Notes under the pieces: generated by a model
What the model saw: only the letters and a program-made list of their open reading frames with translations
Told to the model about the DNA's origin: nothing
The model's database searches: none
Made by a program: the position numbers and the translations under genes
In this document: piece by piece, positions 56,936-64,000 of the stretch
Numbering within the stretch: the first letter of the stretch is position 1
Layout: each line of letters starts with the position of its first letter
IMG/VR virus record: IMGVR_UViG_641522639_000001
Location: 2,857-66,856 of that record
DNA: 64,000 nucleotides
DNA from: a virus
Reading direction: 5' to 3' (one strand)

Positions 56936-59014
56936 CTATCTCCGATTGAAGCCGGCCGCGCGGGCCGCCATGCGAGACGAGAGGCTGTCCCGGAGGGATT
57001 TTTGGGCCACCGCCGCCTTCGCCGCCTGGAGCGGGGCCGCGGCGGGCGGGACGTCGTCCCCCACCGCCGGGAGCGGCGGGGGCGCCGTCTCGTCCCAATC
57101 GCGCATCACCCCATCGGGGATGCGCAGGACGTTGAGTAGGTAGCCAGCCGCCGCCGCCAATGCCTCGGAGTCGAGCCAGTGGTTGTCGCGGCTGACCTGG
57201 GTCCAGACCGGCTTGCCGGCGACGATCTCGCGGACCTCCGAGATCAGGTGCCGGCAGTAGCGCTCGGAGATGTCGAGCGGGAGGTGGAAGGAGCCCGGGC
57301 GTCCGACCGGCGTCTGGATCCGGCTCGACACCAGCGACTTGAAGTAGTCCGAGTCGAGGGTCGCCAGATCGACCGAGAACCGCGCCGCCTTCCCCTTCGT
57401 GTCGACTTCGTGCTTGCGGATCGTCATCGGCTGCGCCCGGGTCGGCATGCCCTTGGTCGGCACGACCAGCCAGTCGTAGCGGCGGGCGAAGGCGTAGACC
57501 CGGTGGACGTCCCCGGCATCCGGCTTGTCCGGCCGGAAGCCCGAGTCGATGAAGGCTTTCTCGACCCTCAGGCCGCCGTAGGGGGAGGTGAGCGCGTCCG
57601 CGAGGTCGTCCCAGACGTCCTCGCCGTCCGTGAGCCCCTGCAGCTCCTCCGCCTGGAGCAGCCAGGAGGCGCCGCGCGCGCCCCAGCCGCGGACGACGTA
57701 GAAGATCGACCGCTTCTGGACGTCGACCCCGGCGGTAAGGCGCATGACTTCGCGCGGCACGTCGCCCAGGCGATACGGGACGATCTTCGCCTTGATCGAC
57801 TCGATCTTGGGGGCGTTCAGGGGCGCTTCGTTGTAGCATTCCCCGAAGCCGGCGTTGACGACCGTCTGGATGTTGGCGCTGTCCCCGCCCTGGACCGCCT
57901 CGACGTAGGCCGCGGCGCGGTCCCCGAGAGAGCGGAAGGGCGAGCAGAGGCCGGATACCCAGAAGCTGATCGTGTCGCTGGCGGGCGGCTCGCCCGTCAC
58001 CGTCCCGTCCGCCGCGATCGCCTGCCCGGGCGCGACGTAGACGCCCGAGGCGTTCATGTCCGGCTTGTCCGCCTCGGTCAGGATGCAGCCGTTGCGGGGG
58101 CAGACGATGTGCGCCGTCTCGCGGGCCCGGGCCGGCGTCGTGTGCCGCTCGTCGCCCTTGCCCTCGTAGCCGAGGCACGAGAAGCGGGGGATGAAGCGCT
58201 CCTGACACTCCGGGCACCGCCACGTCCAGTGATACCGCGTGCCCGCCTGAAAGAGGCGCCAGACCTTCGACTCGAAGTCGTCGGCCGGCATCACCTTCCA
58301 GAATTCGAGACCCGAGACGGGGTCGATCTCCGCCTCCTTGGGGCCGCGCGAGGGCGTCGAGACGATCGCGTGCACGAAGTCCGCGTAGGTGTCGCCGCGG
58401 GCGTCGATCAGGCCGAAGGGGTCGCCCTGGCCGCGCACGTTCGCCAACATCTCGTCCGCCTCGTCCGTGACCGCGAGCGAGGCCGGGTCGGCCTTCAGGG
58501 CCGTCGAGGAGCCCGCGTGCGCGAGGCGCAGCGGGACGCCGCCGATGACCTTCCTCGTCTTCGTCATCCGCTTGCCGCGGCTGACCTTGTTGGCGAGCGT
58601 CGGGGCCTCGTCCAGCAGCCGCATGATCCGCGGCTCAAGCTGCTCCGTCAGAAACTGCCGGTTCGGGCCGACGTAGAGGATCGGGGCCGGATCCTGGTCG
58701 AGCCGGTGCCCGATCACGTCCAGCAGCGTCTCGGACTTGCCGCTCTGGGCGCCCATGACGCCGACCACCCGGCGGGCGCGGCGCTCCGCAATCGCCCGGC
58801 CGATCGGGACCGCGTAGGGCGTCAAGTACGGGTCGCGGGGGCCGGGATGGCCCGAGCTGGCGGGATACGCCCTGTTCTGCGCGCCCCAGGCGTCCGGGGT
58901 CAGCCGGGGGGTCGGGCGGACGAAGAGGGCGATCCGCTCCAGAAGCGCAGGAAGGTTCTTTCGCGCGTGCGCCCACCAGGTCGGCGCCGCGGCGGGCTGG
59001 TCACTGTCTGCCAT
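56936..59014 (-). CDS. Terminase large subunit (lambda gpA family)
   Basis: GAQSGKSE (Walker A), TDEAD (Walker B), VSTP, WRCPEC, AGVDVQ, DSG and NHWLD. Confidence 0.95.
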   Translation of the reverse strand: MADSDQPAAAPTWWAHARKNLPALLERIALFVRPTPRLTPDAWGAQNRAYPASSGHPGPRDPYLTPYAVPIGRAIAERRARRVVGVMGAQSGKSETLLDVIGHRLDQDPAPILYVGPNRQFLTEQLEPRIMRLLDEAPTLANKVSRGKRMTKTRKVIGGVPLRLAHAGSSTALKADPASLAVTDEADEMLANVRGQGDPFGLIDARGDTYADFVHAIVSTPSRGPKEAEIDPVSGLEFWKVMPADDFESKVWRLFQAGTRYHWTWRCPECQERFIPRFSCLGYEGKGDERHTTPARARETAHIVCPRNGCILTEADKPDMNASGVYVAPGQAIAADGTVTGEPPASDTISFWVSGLCSPFRSLGDRAAAYVEAVQGGDSANIQTVVNAGFGECYNEAPLNAPKIESIKAKIVPYRLGDVPREVMRLTAGVDVQKRSIFYVVRGWGARGASWLLQAEELQGLTDGEDVWDDLADALTSPYGGLRVEKAFIDSGFRPDKPDAGDVHRVYAFARRYDWLVVPTKGMPTRAQPMTIRKHEVDTKGKAARFSVDLATLDSDYFKSLVSSRIQTPVGRPGSFHLPLDISERYCRHLISEVREIVAGKPVWTQVSRDNHWLDSEALAAAAGYLLNVLRIPDGVMRDWDETAPPPLPAVGDDVPPAAAPLQAAKAAVAQKSLRDSLSSRMAARAAGFNRR

Positions 59015-59077
59015 CAGGGTGCCACGGGCCGGCGCGCGCGGAGCGCGCCGACCTTGCGAGGGAGGGAGCAGCGCCGG

Positions 59078-59557
59078 CTACCCGCGCAACGCGCGCGCTT
59101 CCCCGGCCGCTGCCTGCATCTTGTCCGCGACCAGGGTCAGCACCTCGTCGACGTGGGGCTGGAGCCGTTCCCGCTGCGCGATGTCCCGGGAGAACCGGCT
59201 CGGCATGTTCTTGAGCGCCGTCACCACCGCCCCGGTGAACTCGTCCATGACGCCCATCACGTCGAGGAGCGGGATCAGCTCGCCCTCGTCCTTGGCGATC
59301 CGCAGCTCGACCTCACGCTGCCGGGCCTGCTTGAGGCCGCTTTCGGCGGCGGTCTTGGAGCTGCGGCGGTCCTCGTCCCGGAGGAATTTGATGTAGCCCT
59401 GGACTGTCAGGATCAACGAGACTTTCCCCCGCACCGGAGGCGGGAACCAGCCCTCTTTGGCGAGCTGCCGGAGCCTCATCGTGCTCAACAGAAGCAGCCG
59501 CGCGGCCTGCTCCAGCGGGATCATCCCGGCATCTGACGGCTTTGAGTCTTCAGCCAT
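59078..59557 (-). CDS. Terminase small subunit (Nu1-like wHTH plus coiled coil)
   Basis: AARLLLLSTMRLRQLAKEG.FP, Q.YI.FLR, and E.ELRIA..EGELI; upstream of terL. Confidence 0.85.
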   Translation of the reverse strand: MAEDSKPSDAGMIPLEQAARLLLLSTMRLRQLAKEGWFPPPVRGKVSLILTVQGYIKFLRDEDRRSSKTAAESGLKQARQREVELRIAKDEGELIPLLDVMGVMDEFTGAVVTALKNMPSRFSRDIAQRERLQPHVDEVLTLVADKMQAAAGEARALRG

Positions 59558-59589
59558 TTGGACAGCCATTTCATGCAGTAAAGCCGGGA

Positions 59590-59640
59590 TCGAAAAATCC
59601 CGAAAACGCGCCAAGAGCGCGAGCCTGGGACCCGCAACTT
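59590..59640 (-). other. Possible cos/packaging site
   Basis: Minus strand CGGGTCCC followed by the dyad CGCGC-TCTTG-GCGCG-TTTTCG, upstream of terS and loosely lambda cosQ/cosN-like. The spacing does not match lambda. Confidence 0.3.
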
Positions 59641-59785
59641 CCTGTACCAGCCAGACGGTCCCTAAGCCCTTCGGCCAGACTCGCCAGCCACCCCACCAGC
59701 CGAGCCAGCGAGCCCGTGGCGGTCGTCAGGGCCTTCCCGACAGGGGGAGGTACCGGGCGGAGGCGGACGCCCGCCAGCGACGCTC

Positions 59786-60343
59786 CTACGACGCGAGCGC
59801 GGGGAGCGGGGCGGGGGCGGCGGGCTCTCCCCCCGGGAGGCCTGGGAAGGGGAGGCGGAAGCCGGCGGGGAGGCCGACCGCGCCGTACCGGGCCCGGGGC
59901 TGGGCGAAGACTGGGGAGGCGGCGGCCACCAGGGCGGTCCCGACCCCGAGGGCTGCGCCGCCGAGGGCGAGCACCCGGCGGTTGGGCGCCGCCTTGGGGT
60001 GGGCCGCGCTCATCCGCCGGCAGGCGTCCTCCGGGGTCAGGGCGACGGCGGCGACGAGGGCGAGGGCAGGGGAGCGCGAGAGCCCCTGGGTGCAGTGGAT
60101 GAGCAGGCGCCCCGGGCGGAGGCCGAGGACGTCCAGGAAGACGCCCAGGTGGCGCGGGCTCGGCCCATCCATGCGCCCGTCGAACGCCGCCTCGATGTCG
60201 TGGAAGGCGAGGGGGAGGACGGGGACGGTGGGGATGAGGAGGGTGCCCCGGCCCGGGGAGCGGACCGAGACGACGAGGTCGGGCTTCCAGGCGTCGATGC
60301 TCTCGGCCAGGGCGTCGAGCGAGGTCGTGGCGATGGCGGTCAC
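59786..60343 (-). CDS. Protein tyrosine/dual-specificity phosphatase-like protein
   Basis: HCTQGLSRS = HC(X)5R P-loop, F.DI acid loop, and PNRRVL. Confidence 0.85.
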   Translation of the reverse strand: MTAIATTSLDALAESIDAWKPDLVVSVRSPGRGTLLIPTVPVLPLAFHDIEAAFDGRMDGPSPRHLGVFLDVLGLRPGRLLIHCTQGLSRSPALALVAAVALTPEDACRRMSAAHPKAAPNRRVLALGGAALGVGTALVAAASPVFAQPRARYGAVGLPAGFRLPFPGLPGGEPAAPAPLPALAS

Positions 60344-60588
60344 GGCGTCTCCTGGCGGGGCAGGCGCCAGTCCATGGCGACCCGGCCGCTGTCGGCGAGG
60401 AGCGGGAGCGCCCAGAGGGCGAGGGTCACGCCCACAACCCAGAGGGCGAGGGCGAGCATGTCGAGGGCGGCCTCCCGGGGGGGGGCACCCACGGAAGGCG
60501 CCCTTCAGGACGCCGCCCGGGACGGCGGCCCGCGCGGACTGGACCGCGGCTTGGTGGCTCCCCGGGGCGGGCCCGGGCGCCGGGGGCG

Positions 60589-60999
60589 CTAGGAGGGGCG
60601 TCCGGGGCTGCGCCCGGAAGGCCGGGGGGGGGCGATCACATAGAGGGTCACCCCGTCCTCCCCGTAGGTGTGGGGGGCAGGCTCGCGCAGCTTGGGGACG
60701 TGCACCAGCTCCGGGGGCAGGTCGACCCGGAGCATGTGGCGTCCGCCGAGCGGCGTCCGGCACGCCTCGAAGCGCCCCTGAGCGTCGGCCCGGATCCTCA
60801 AGGCCATCTGCTTCGGCGACCATGCGACCGCGAAGCGGGGCCAGCCGTCGAGGCGGGCGATGGCCTCCGGGGCGAAGGTCAGCGTGACCTTCTCGGTGCC
60901 GCCGCGGACGCAGCAGGTCCCGAAAGCCACGGGGGAGGAGACGGTCGCCTTGGCTCGCGGCGCCAGCTCCTCGAAGTCGTCGTCGTCGAAGCCGGTCAT
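60589..60999 (-). CDS. Hypothetical protein
   Basis: Coupled to the SLOG gene. Confidence 0.55.
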   Translation of the reverse strand: MTGFDDDDFEELAPRAKATVSSPVAFGTCCVRGGTEKVTLTFAPEAIARLDGWPRFAVAWSPKQMALRIRADAQGRFEACRTPLGGRHMLRVDLPPELVHVPKLREPAPHTYGEDGVTLYVIAPPRPSGRSPGRPS

Positions 61000-61532
61000 C
61001 GCGTGCCCCTCCCGAAGCGGCCCGAGCGCGGGACGGGCCGCGGGGCGCTGGTGCGCGCGCTGCCCTCGGCGGCCGGGGCGGGATCGGCCCCCTGCGGGGC
61101 TTCAGTCCCCTGCGGGGCGTCCGCCCCCGTCTCCCCCACGACGTCCGGGAATAGCAGGGGGTTGTCCTCCAGCGGGGGCTCGTCCTCCTCCGGGACCTGG
61201 ATGACCCGGACCTTCGCCGCCCGGGCTTGCCGCAGCAGGTCCGCCGTGCCGGCGCCTCCCTCGAAGGCGACCACCAGATCGGGGCGGACGAGGCGGAGCA
61301 TCAGCCCGTTGCGGTCCGGGCCGGCGAGCTTGCTGCGCCCGACCCAGTTGGCGGGGCAGATCACCCGGTCGATCCCCCGGGCCTCGGCCCAGCGGTCCGC
61401 CAGCGTGTCCGCGCCGGTCGCCCCGCCCGTGACGACGAGGGTGAACTTGTGCTCCGCTGCGAGGGCGTCCAGCCGCTCGCGCAGATGGCGGGCCCGGGCG
61501 TAGTCGCGCCCGCCGCAGATGAGAACTCGCAT
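60996..61532 (-). CDS. SLOG/YspA-like (DUF2493) protein
   Basis: RVLICGGRDY, VTGGATGAD.LA..WA, AGP.RN..ML and VVAF.GG.GT.D. Confidence 0.88.
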   Translation of the reverse strand: MRVLICGGRDYARARHLRERLDALAAEHKFTLVVTGGATGADTLADRWAEARGIDRVICPANWVGRSKLAGPDRNGLMLRLVRPDLVVAFEGGAGTADLLRQARAAKVRVIQVPEEDEPPLEDNPLLFPDVVGETGADAPQGTEAPQGADPAPAAEGSARTSAPRPVPRSGRFGRGTR

Positions 61533-61668
61533 GTCCGGTCTGGTCCCCGGGGCTGGTCAGTGGATCGTGCCGCCGGGCGGCGCGCCCTTCGGGGCGCGGG
61601 CCATCCGCGCCGCCATCGCCAGGAGGACGACGGCGGCGAGCGCATTCGAGAGGAAGCGCGGCATGGGT

Positions 61669-62073
61669 CTACCTGTCTGCCGGTTGAGGGGTGGGAGGGT
61701 CTAGAGCCGCCCGCAGGCGCTCCAGCGCCGCCCAGACCGCGGGGGCGCGGGCCGGCAGCTCCGCCCGTCCCGTCCCGATGTTGCGCTTCGGCCAGACGAC
61801 GTCCCCGCCCGCGGCGAGGTGGTCCCGCAGGCGGCGGTAGGGCGCGACCCAGAGGCGGCGAACCGTCTCCAGGTCGTCGTCCGAGAGGTAGGCGGCGGGG
61901 TAGGTGGCCGGCGCCCGCTTGGTCACGAGGCCGACCGCGTTGGGCTCGCCCCGCATCTCCTTCGCCTGCCCGCCGAGGCCGACCCCGGCGCTGTTGTCGC
62001 CGTAGACGTAGAGGGTCGCTCGGTTGGCGCGCAGCGTCGCCCGGGTGATCCCGGCCTCGTAGCGCACCGGCAC
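61669..62073 (-). CDS. Small phage protein with YVYGDN..G.G.GGQA motif (macro-like fold inferred)
   Basis: Motif resembles FVFGSN..G.HG.G.A phage proteins; VVWP...IGTG.A.L. Confidence 0.6.
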   Translation of the reverse strand: MPVRYEAGITRATLRANRATLYVYGDNSAGVGLGGQAKEMRGEPNAVGLVTKRAPATYPAAYLSDDDLETVRRLWVAPYRRLRDHLAAGGDVVWPKRNIGTGRAELPARAPAVWAALERLRAALDPPTPQPADR

Positions 62074-62075
62074 GG

Positions 62076-62618
62076 TCAGAAGCCGATCTTCCCGGCCATG
62101 CCGTTCAGGACTTCGACGTCGAGGTGGCCGACCTCGCCCTGGAAGGCGCCGTAAGCGGCCTTCGAGATCATCTCGTCCGGGATGAACAGCCCCGAGCGCT
62201 GGACCGCGATCGGGAGCCGCTTGCTCCCGGCCCGGGCGTAGACGTGCCCCCCGAGGTTGAGCGGGACGCGCGCCGGGAAGCGCCCGCCGCGGGTGAACGT
62301 CCCCGGGAAGACGTGCCGCTGGTTCCACGGGGCGGCGCTGACGCCCGCCCGCGTCTCTCGCGCGCCAAAGTATTTCAGGCGGATATTGCCGCCGGCCGAC
62401 TTGATTTCGTAGGTCGGCGAGCCGGAGCTTGCCCGCTTCTTCTTCAGCGCCTTGCTAACCGTCCGCTTCTTCAGGCCGGTCTGCCCCGGCATGACTTGCT
62501 TGACGTGGGCGTGCGCGCGGTCGCCGATCTGGTTGAGCGCCTGGGTCGCGCCGGAGAGCGCGGCCTTCGGATCGACCTTCCAGCCGCCCCAGCCCTGCTT
62601 CGCGACGTTGATGCCCAT
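62076..62618 (-). CDS. Lambda gpZ-like minor tail/virion morphogenesis protein
   Basis: ALNQIG..A..., TGLK...V, IRLKYFGA and R.PI.....L pattern. Confidence 0.65.
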   Translation of the reverse strand: MGINVAKQGWGGWKVDPKAALSGATQALNQIGDRAHAHVKQVMPGQTGLKKRTVSKALKKKRASSGSPTYEIKSAGGNIRLKYFGARETRAGVSAAPWNQRHVFPGTFTRGGRFPARVPLNLGGHVYARAGSKRLPIAVQRSGLFIPDEMISKAAYGAFQGEVGHLDVEVLNGMAGKIGF

Positions 62619-62622
62619 CGGT

Positions 62623-62868
62623 CTACTCCTCAGCCGGTTGATCCGTCAGCGCGCGGAGGTGCGCGAGGACGAGCGCGGCGCCCATCGCGATCCCGGCCTC
62701 GAGCTGGCCGGCGCCCCAGGGGACGCGCTGCTGGGACGCGCGGATCGCGTCGAGCGGGTGCGGCGCCCCGGCGGCGAGCGCCGCGTTGAGGCCGGTGGCG
62801 AACGGGTCGGCCGCGGGCCGCTCCGCCGCCCAGGCGGCGAGCGCGGCTTCGAGATCGCGGGGGGTCAC
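62623..62868 (-). CDS. Hypothetical protein
   Basis: GTG coupled to the upstream stop. Confidence 0.5.
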   Translation of the reverse strand: MTPRDLEAALAAWAAERPAADPFATGLNAALAAGAPHPLDAIRASQQRVPWGAGQLEAGIAMGAALVLAHLRALTDQPAEE

Positions 62869-63104
62869 AGGACGTCTCCGAATTCCAGGCGCGGCCGATA
62901 GGCCGGGCGGCCGACGAAGATCGCCGGCAGGGTTTTGGTCTGGCTCAGGCCGTCCTCTCCGACCCAGTACCAAGTGAGGGACTTGCCGTCCCAGCAGCGG
63001 TAGGGGCCGGGCTCGAAGGGGCGCTTCGCGTGGAGCGAGGCCGGGAGGGCGTCGTATGCCTCCCGGGTGAACATCCGGTCCCACTCGTTCATCCGGGGCT
63101 TCAC
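62865..63104 (-). CDS. Hypothetical protein
   Basis: GTG coupled to the GNAT stop. Confidence 0.5.
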   Translation of the reverse strand: MKPRMNEWDRMFTREAYDALPASLHAKRPFEPGPYRCWDGKSLTWYWVGEDGLSQTKTLPAIFVGRPAYRPRLEFGDVL

Positions 63105-63580
63105 GACGGCCTCCGCATCAGGACCGCGCCGGGGACGTAGGTCGCGCTGCAATCGAGCACCGGCCGGAAGCCGCGGCGGCCCCAGAAGCGGGCGGCGACC
63201 GGGTCGAGGGCGACGAGCGAGCCGGACCGGAACAGGGCCGCCCAGGCGAGGAAACGCCGGATCGCGACGTCGGCCAGCCCGCGCCCGCGGGCCTCCGGGA
63301 CGAGGGCGAGGTCGTGAAGCCACAGCGTCTCAGGCTGCGGCGGGGCGTCCAGCTCCGCGGTCAGGGGCGGCGCGGAGAGGTCCCAGGGGTGCGCGAGCAG
63401 GTAGCCGTAGACCCGGGCGCCCGGGGGGGCGACCAGGACGAGGCCCGTCCCGATCTGCCGGCGCGCCGCGAGGGCGTCGATGTCCTCCCAGAGCTGGGAG
63501 GGGTAGACTTCGGCCGCGAGCGCGGCGACTGCGGGGACGTCGGCGTGAAGCATCCCGCGCCAGTAGAAGGAGGCGGTCAC
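63101..63580 (-). CDS. GNAT-family acetyltransferase
   Basis: LWLHDLALVPEARGRGLA acetyl-CoA motif and A.RFW.RRGF. Confidence 0.88.
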   Translation of the reverse strand: MTASFYWRGMLHADVPAVAALAAEVYPSQLWEDIDALAARRQIGTGLVLVAPPGARVYGYLLAHPWDLSAPPLTAELDAPPQPETLWLHDLALVPEARGRGLADVAIRRFLAWAALFRSGSLVALDPVAARFWGRRGFRPVLDCSATYVPGAVLMRRPS

Positions 63581-63858
63581 TCGCCCGCCTCCCCGTCTTT
63601 GGGAACGAGCGACAGGTGCGGCCGCTTCCTGGCCGGGGTCAGGGCGTCCGCCTCGTAGACCGCGAAAGCCGGTATCGGGCCCGGCCGCGGGCCGGTCAGG
63701 ATGCCGATCGCCTCCGCGAGTGCGGACAGGACCAGCCCCCGCTCCTCTGTCCCCGGGCAGAGAACGCATCCCATGCCCTGATCGTCCAGGGGGCCCAGGA
63801 CCATCGCATCCTTGCCCTCGACCTGAACGGTGACGGTTACGGCGGTGTAGAGGCCCAC
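63577..63858 (-). CDS. Hypothetical protein
   Basis: Coupled to the GNAT start. Confidence 0.5.
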   Translation of the reverse strand: MGLYTAVTVTVQVEGKDAMVLGPLDDQGMGCVLCPGTEERGLVLSALAEAIGILTGPRPGPIPAFAVYEADALTPARKRPHLSLVPKDGEAGE

Positions 63859-64000
63859 GGGCTGGTCCCTCGTGATGGCGCCGCTGTTCGCCCGGCCCGC
63901 CCGAGGGCGATCCGTGGACGGGCGGGGCTTCGCGACGGGCCGGCGCCATGCGCCTTCCGCCGCTCGCGGCTCTCCCCGCTGGTATCTCGTTAGACGCTGG

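Larger units (their letters stand above)
889..64000. mobile_element. Temperate phage/prophage (lambda-like head, P2-like contractile tail), extending beyond the right edge
   Basis: att, int, cI/cro, replication, lysis, tail, head and terminase modules are all present. Confidence 0.95.

Noticed and set aside
934-64000. Second att copy / intact tRNA-Gln marking the far prophage end
   Set aside because: I saw no second copy of the 45-bp core in the window, so the other boundary lies outside it.

Overview
Almost the whole window (about 889 to >64000) is one temperate phage of a very GC-rich alphaproteobacterium. Methylobacterium-like is an inference from GC content and MucR/GapR homologues. From left to right it contains: an att core equal to the 3' half of tRNA-Gln(UUG); tyrosine integrase and a probable excisionase; a leftward early arm (DUF1643, RelE/HigA toxin-antitoxin, RecT/RecE-like); an immunity region (DUF3800 gene plus a structured ncRNA, cI, cro, OL/OR operators); and a rightward replication/middle arm (GapR-like, RuvC-like, MT-A70, DnaB, replication initiator, MucR). 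A long minus-strand late block converges on that arm at about 25.2 kb. It holds the lysis genes interrupted by a mucR moron, a repeat-rich tail fibre and beta-helix tailspike, a P2-like contractile tail, a lambda-like head and terminase, and an accessory cluster (tyrosine phosphatase, SLOG, macro-like, GNAT). The other phage end is not in the window. The strongest candidate for an undescribed system is the DUF3800 RNase H-like protein. It sits in the rexAB-equivalent slot behind cI and is paired with a convergently transcribed, promoter-bearing, roughly 108-nt multi-stem RNA. All family assignments come from motif recognition by eye, not database searches.
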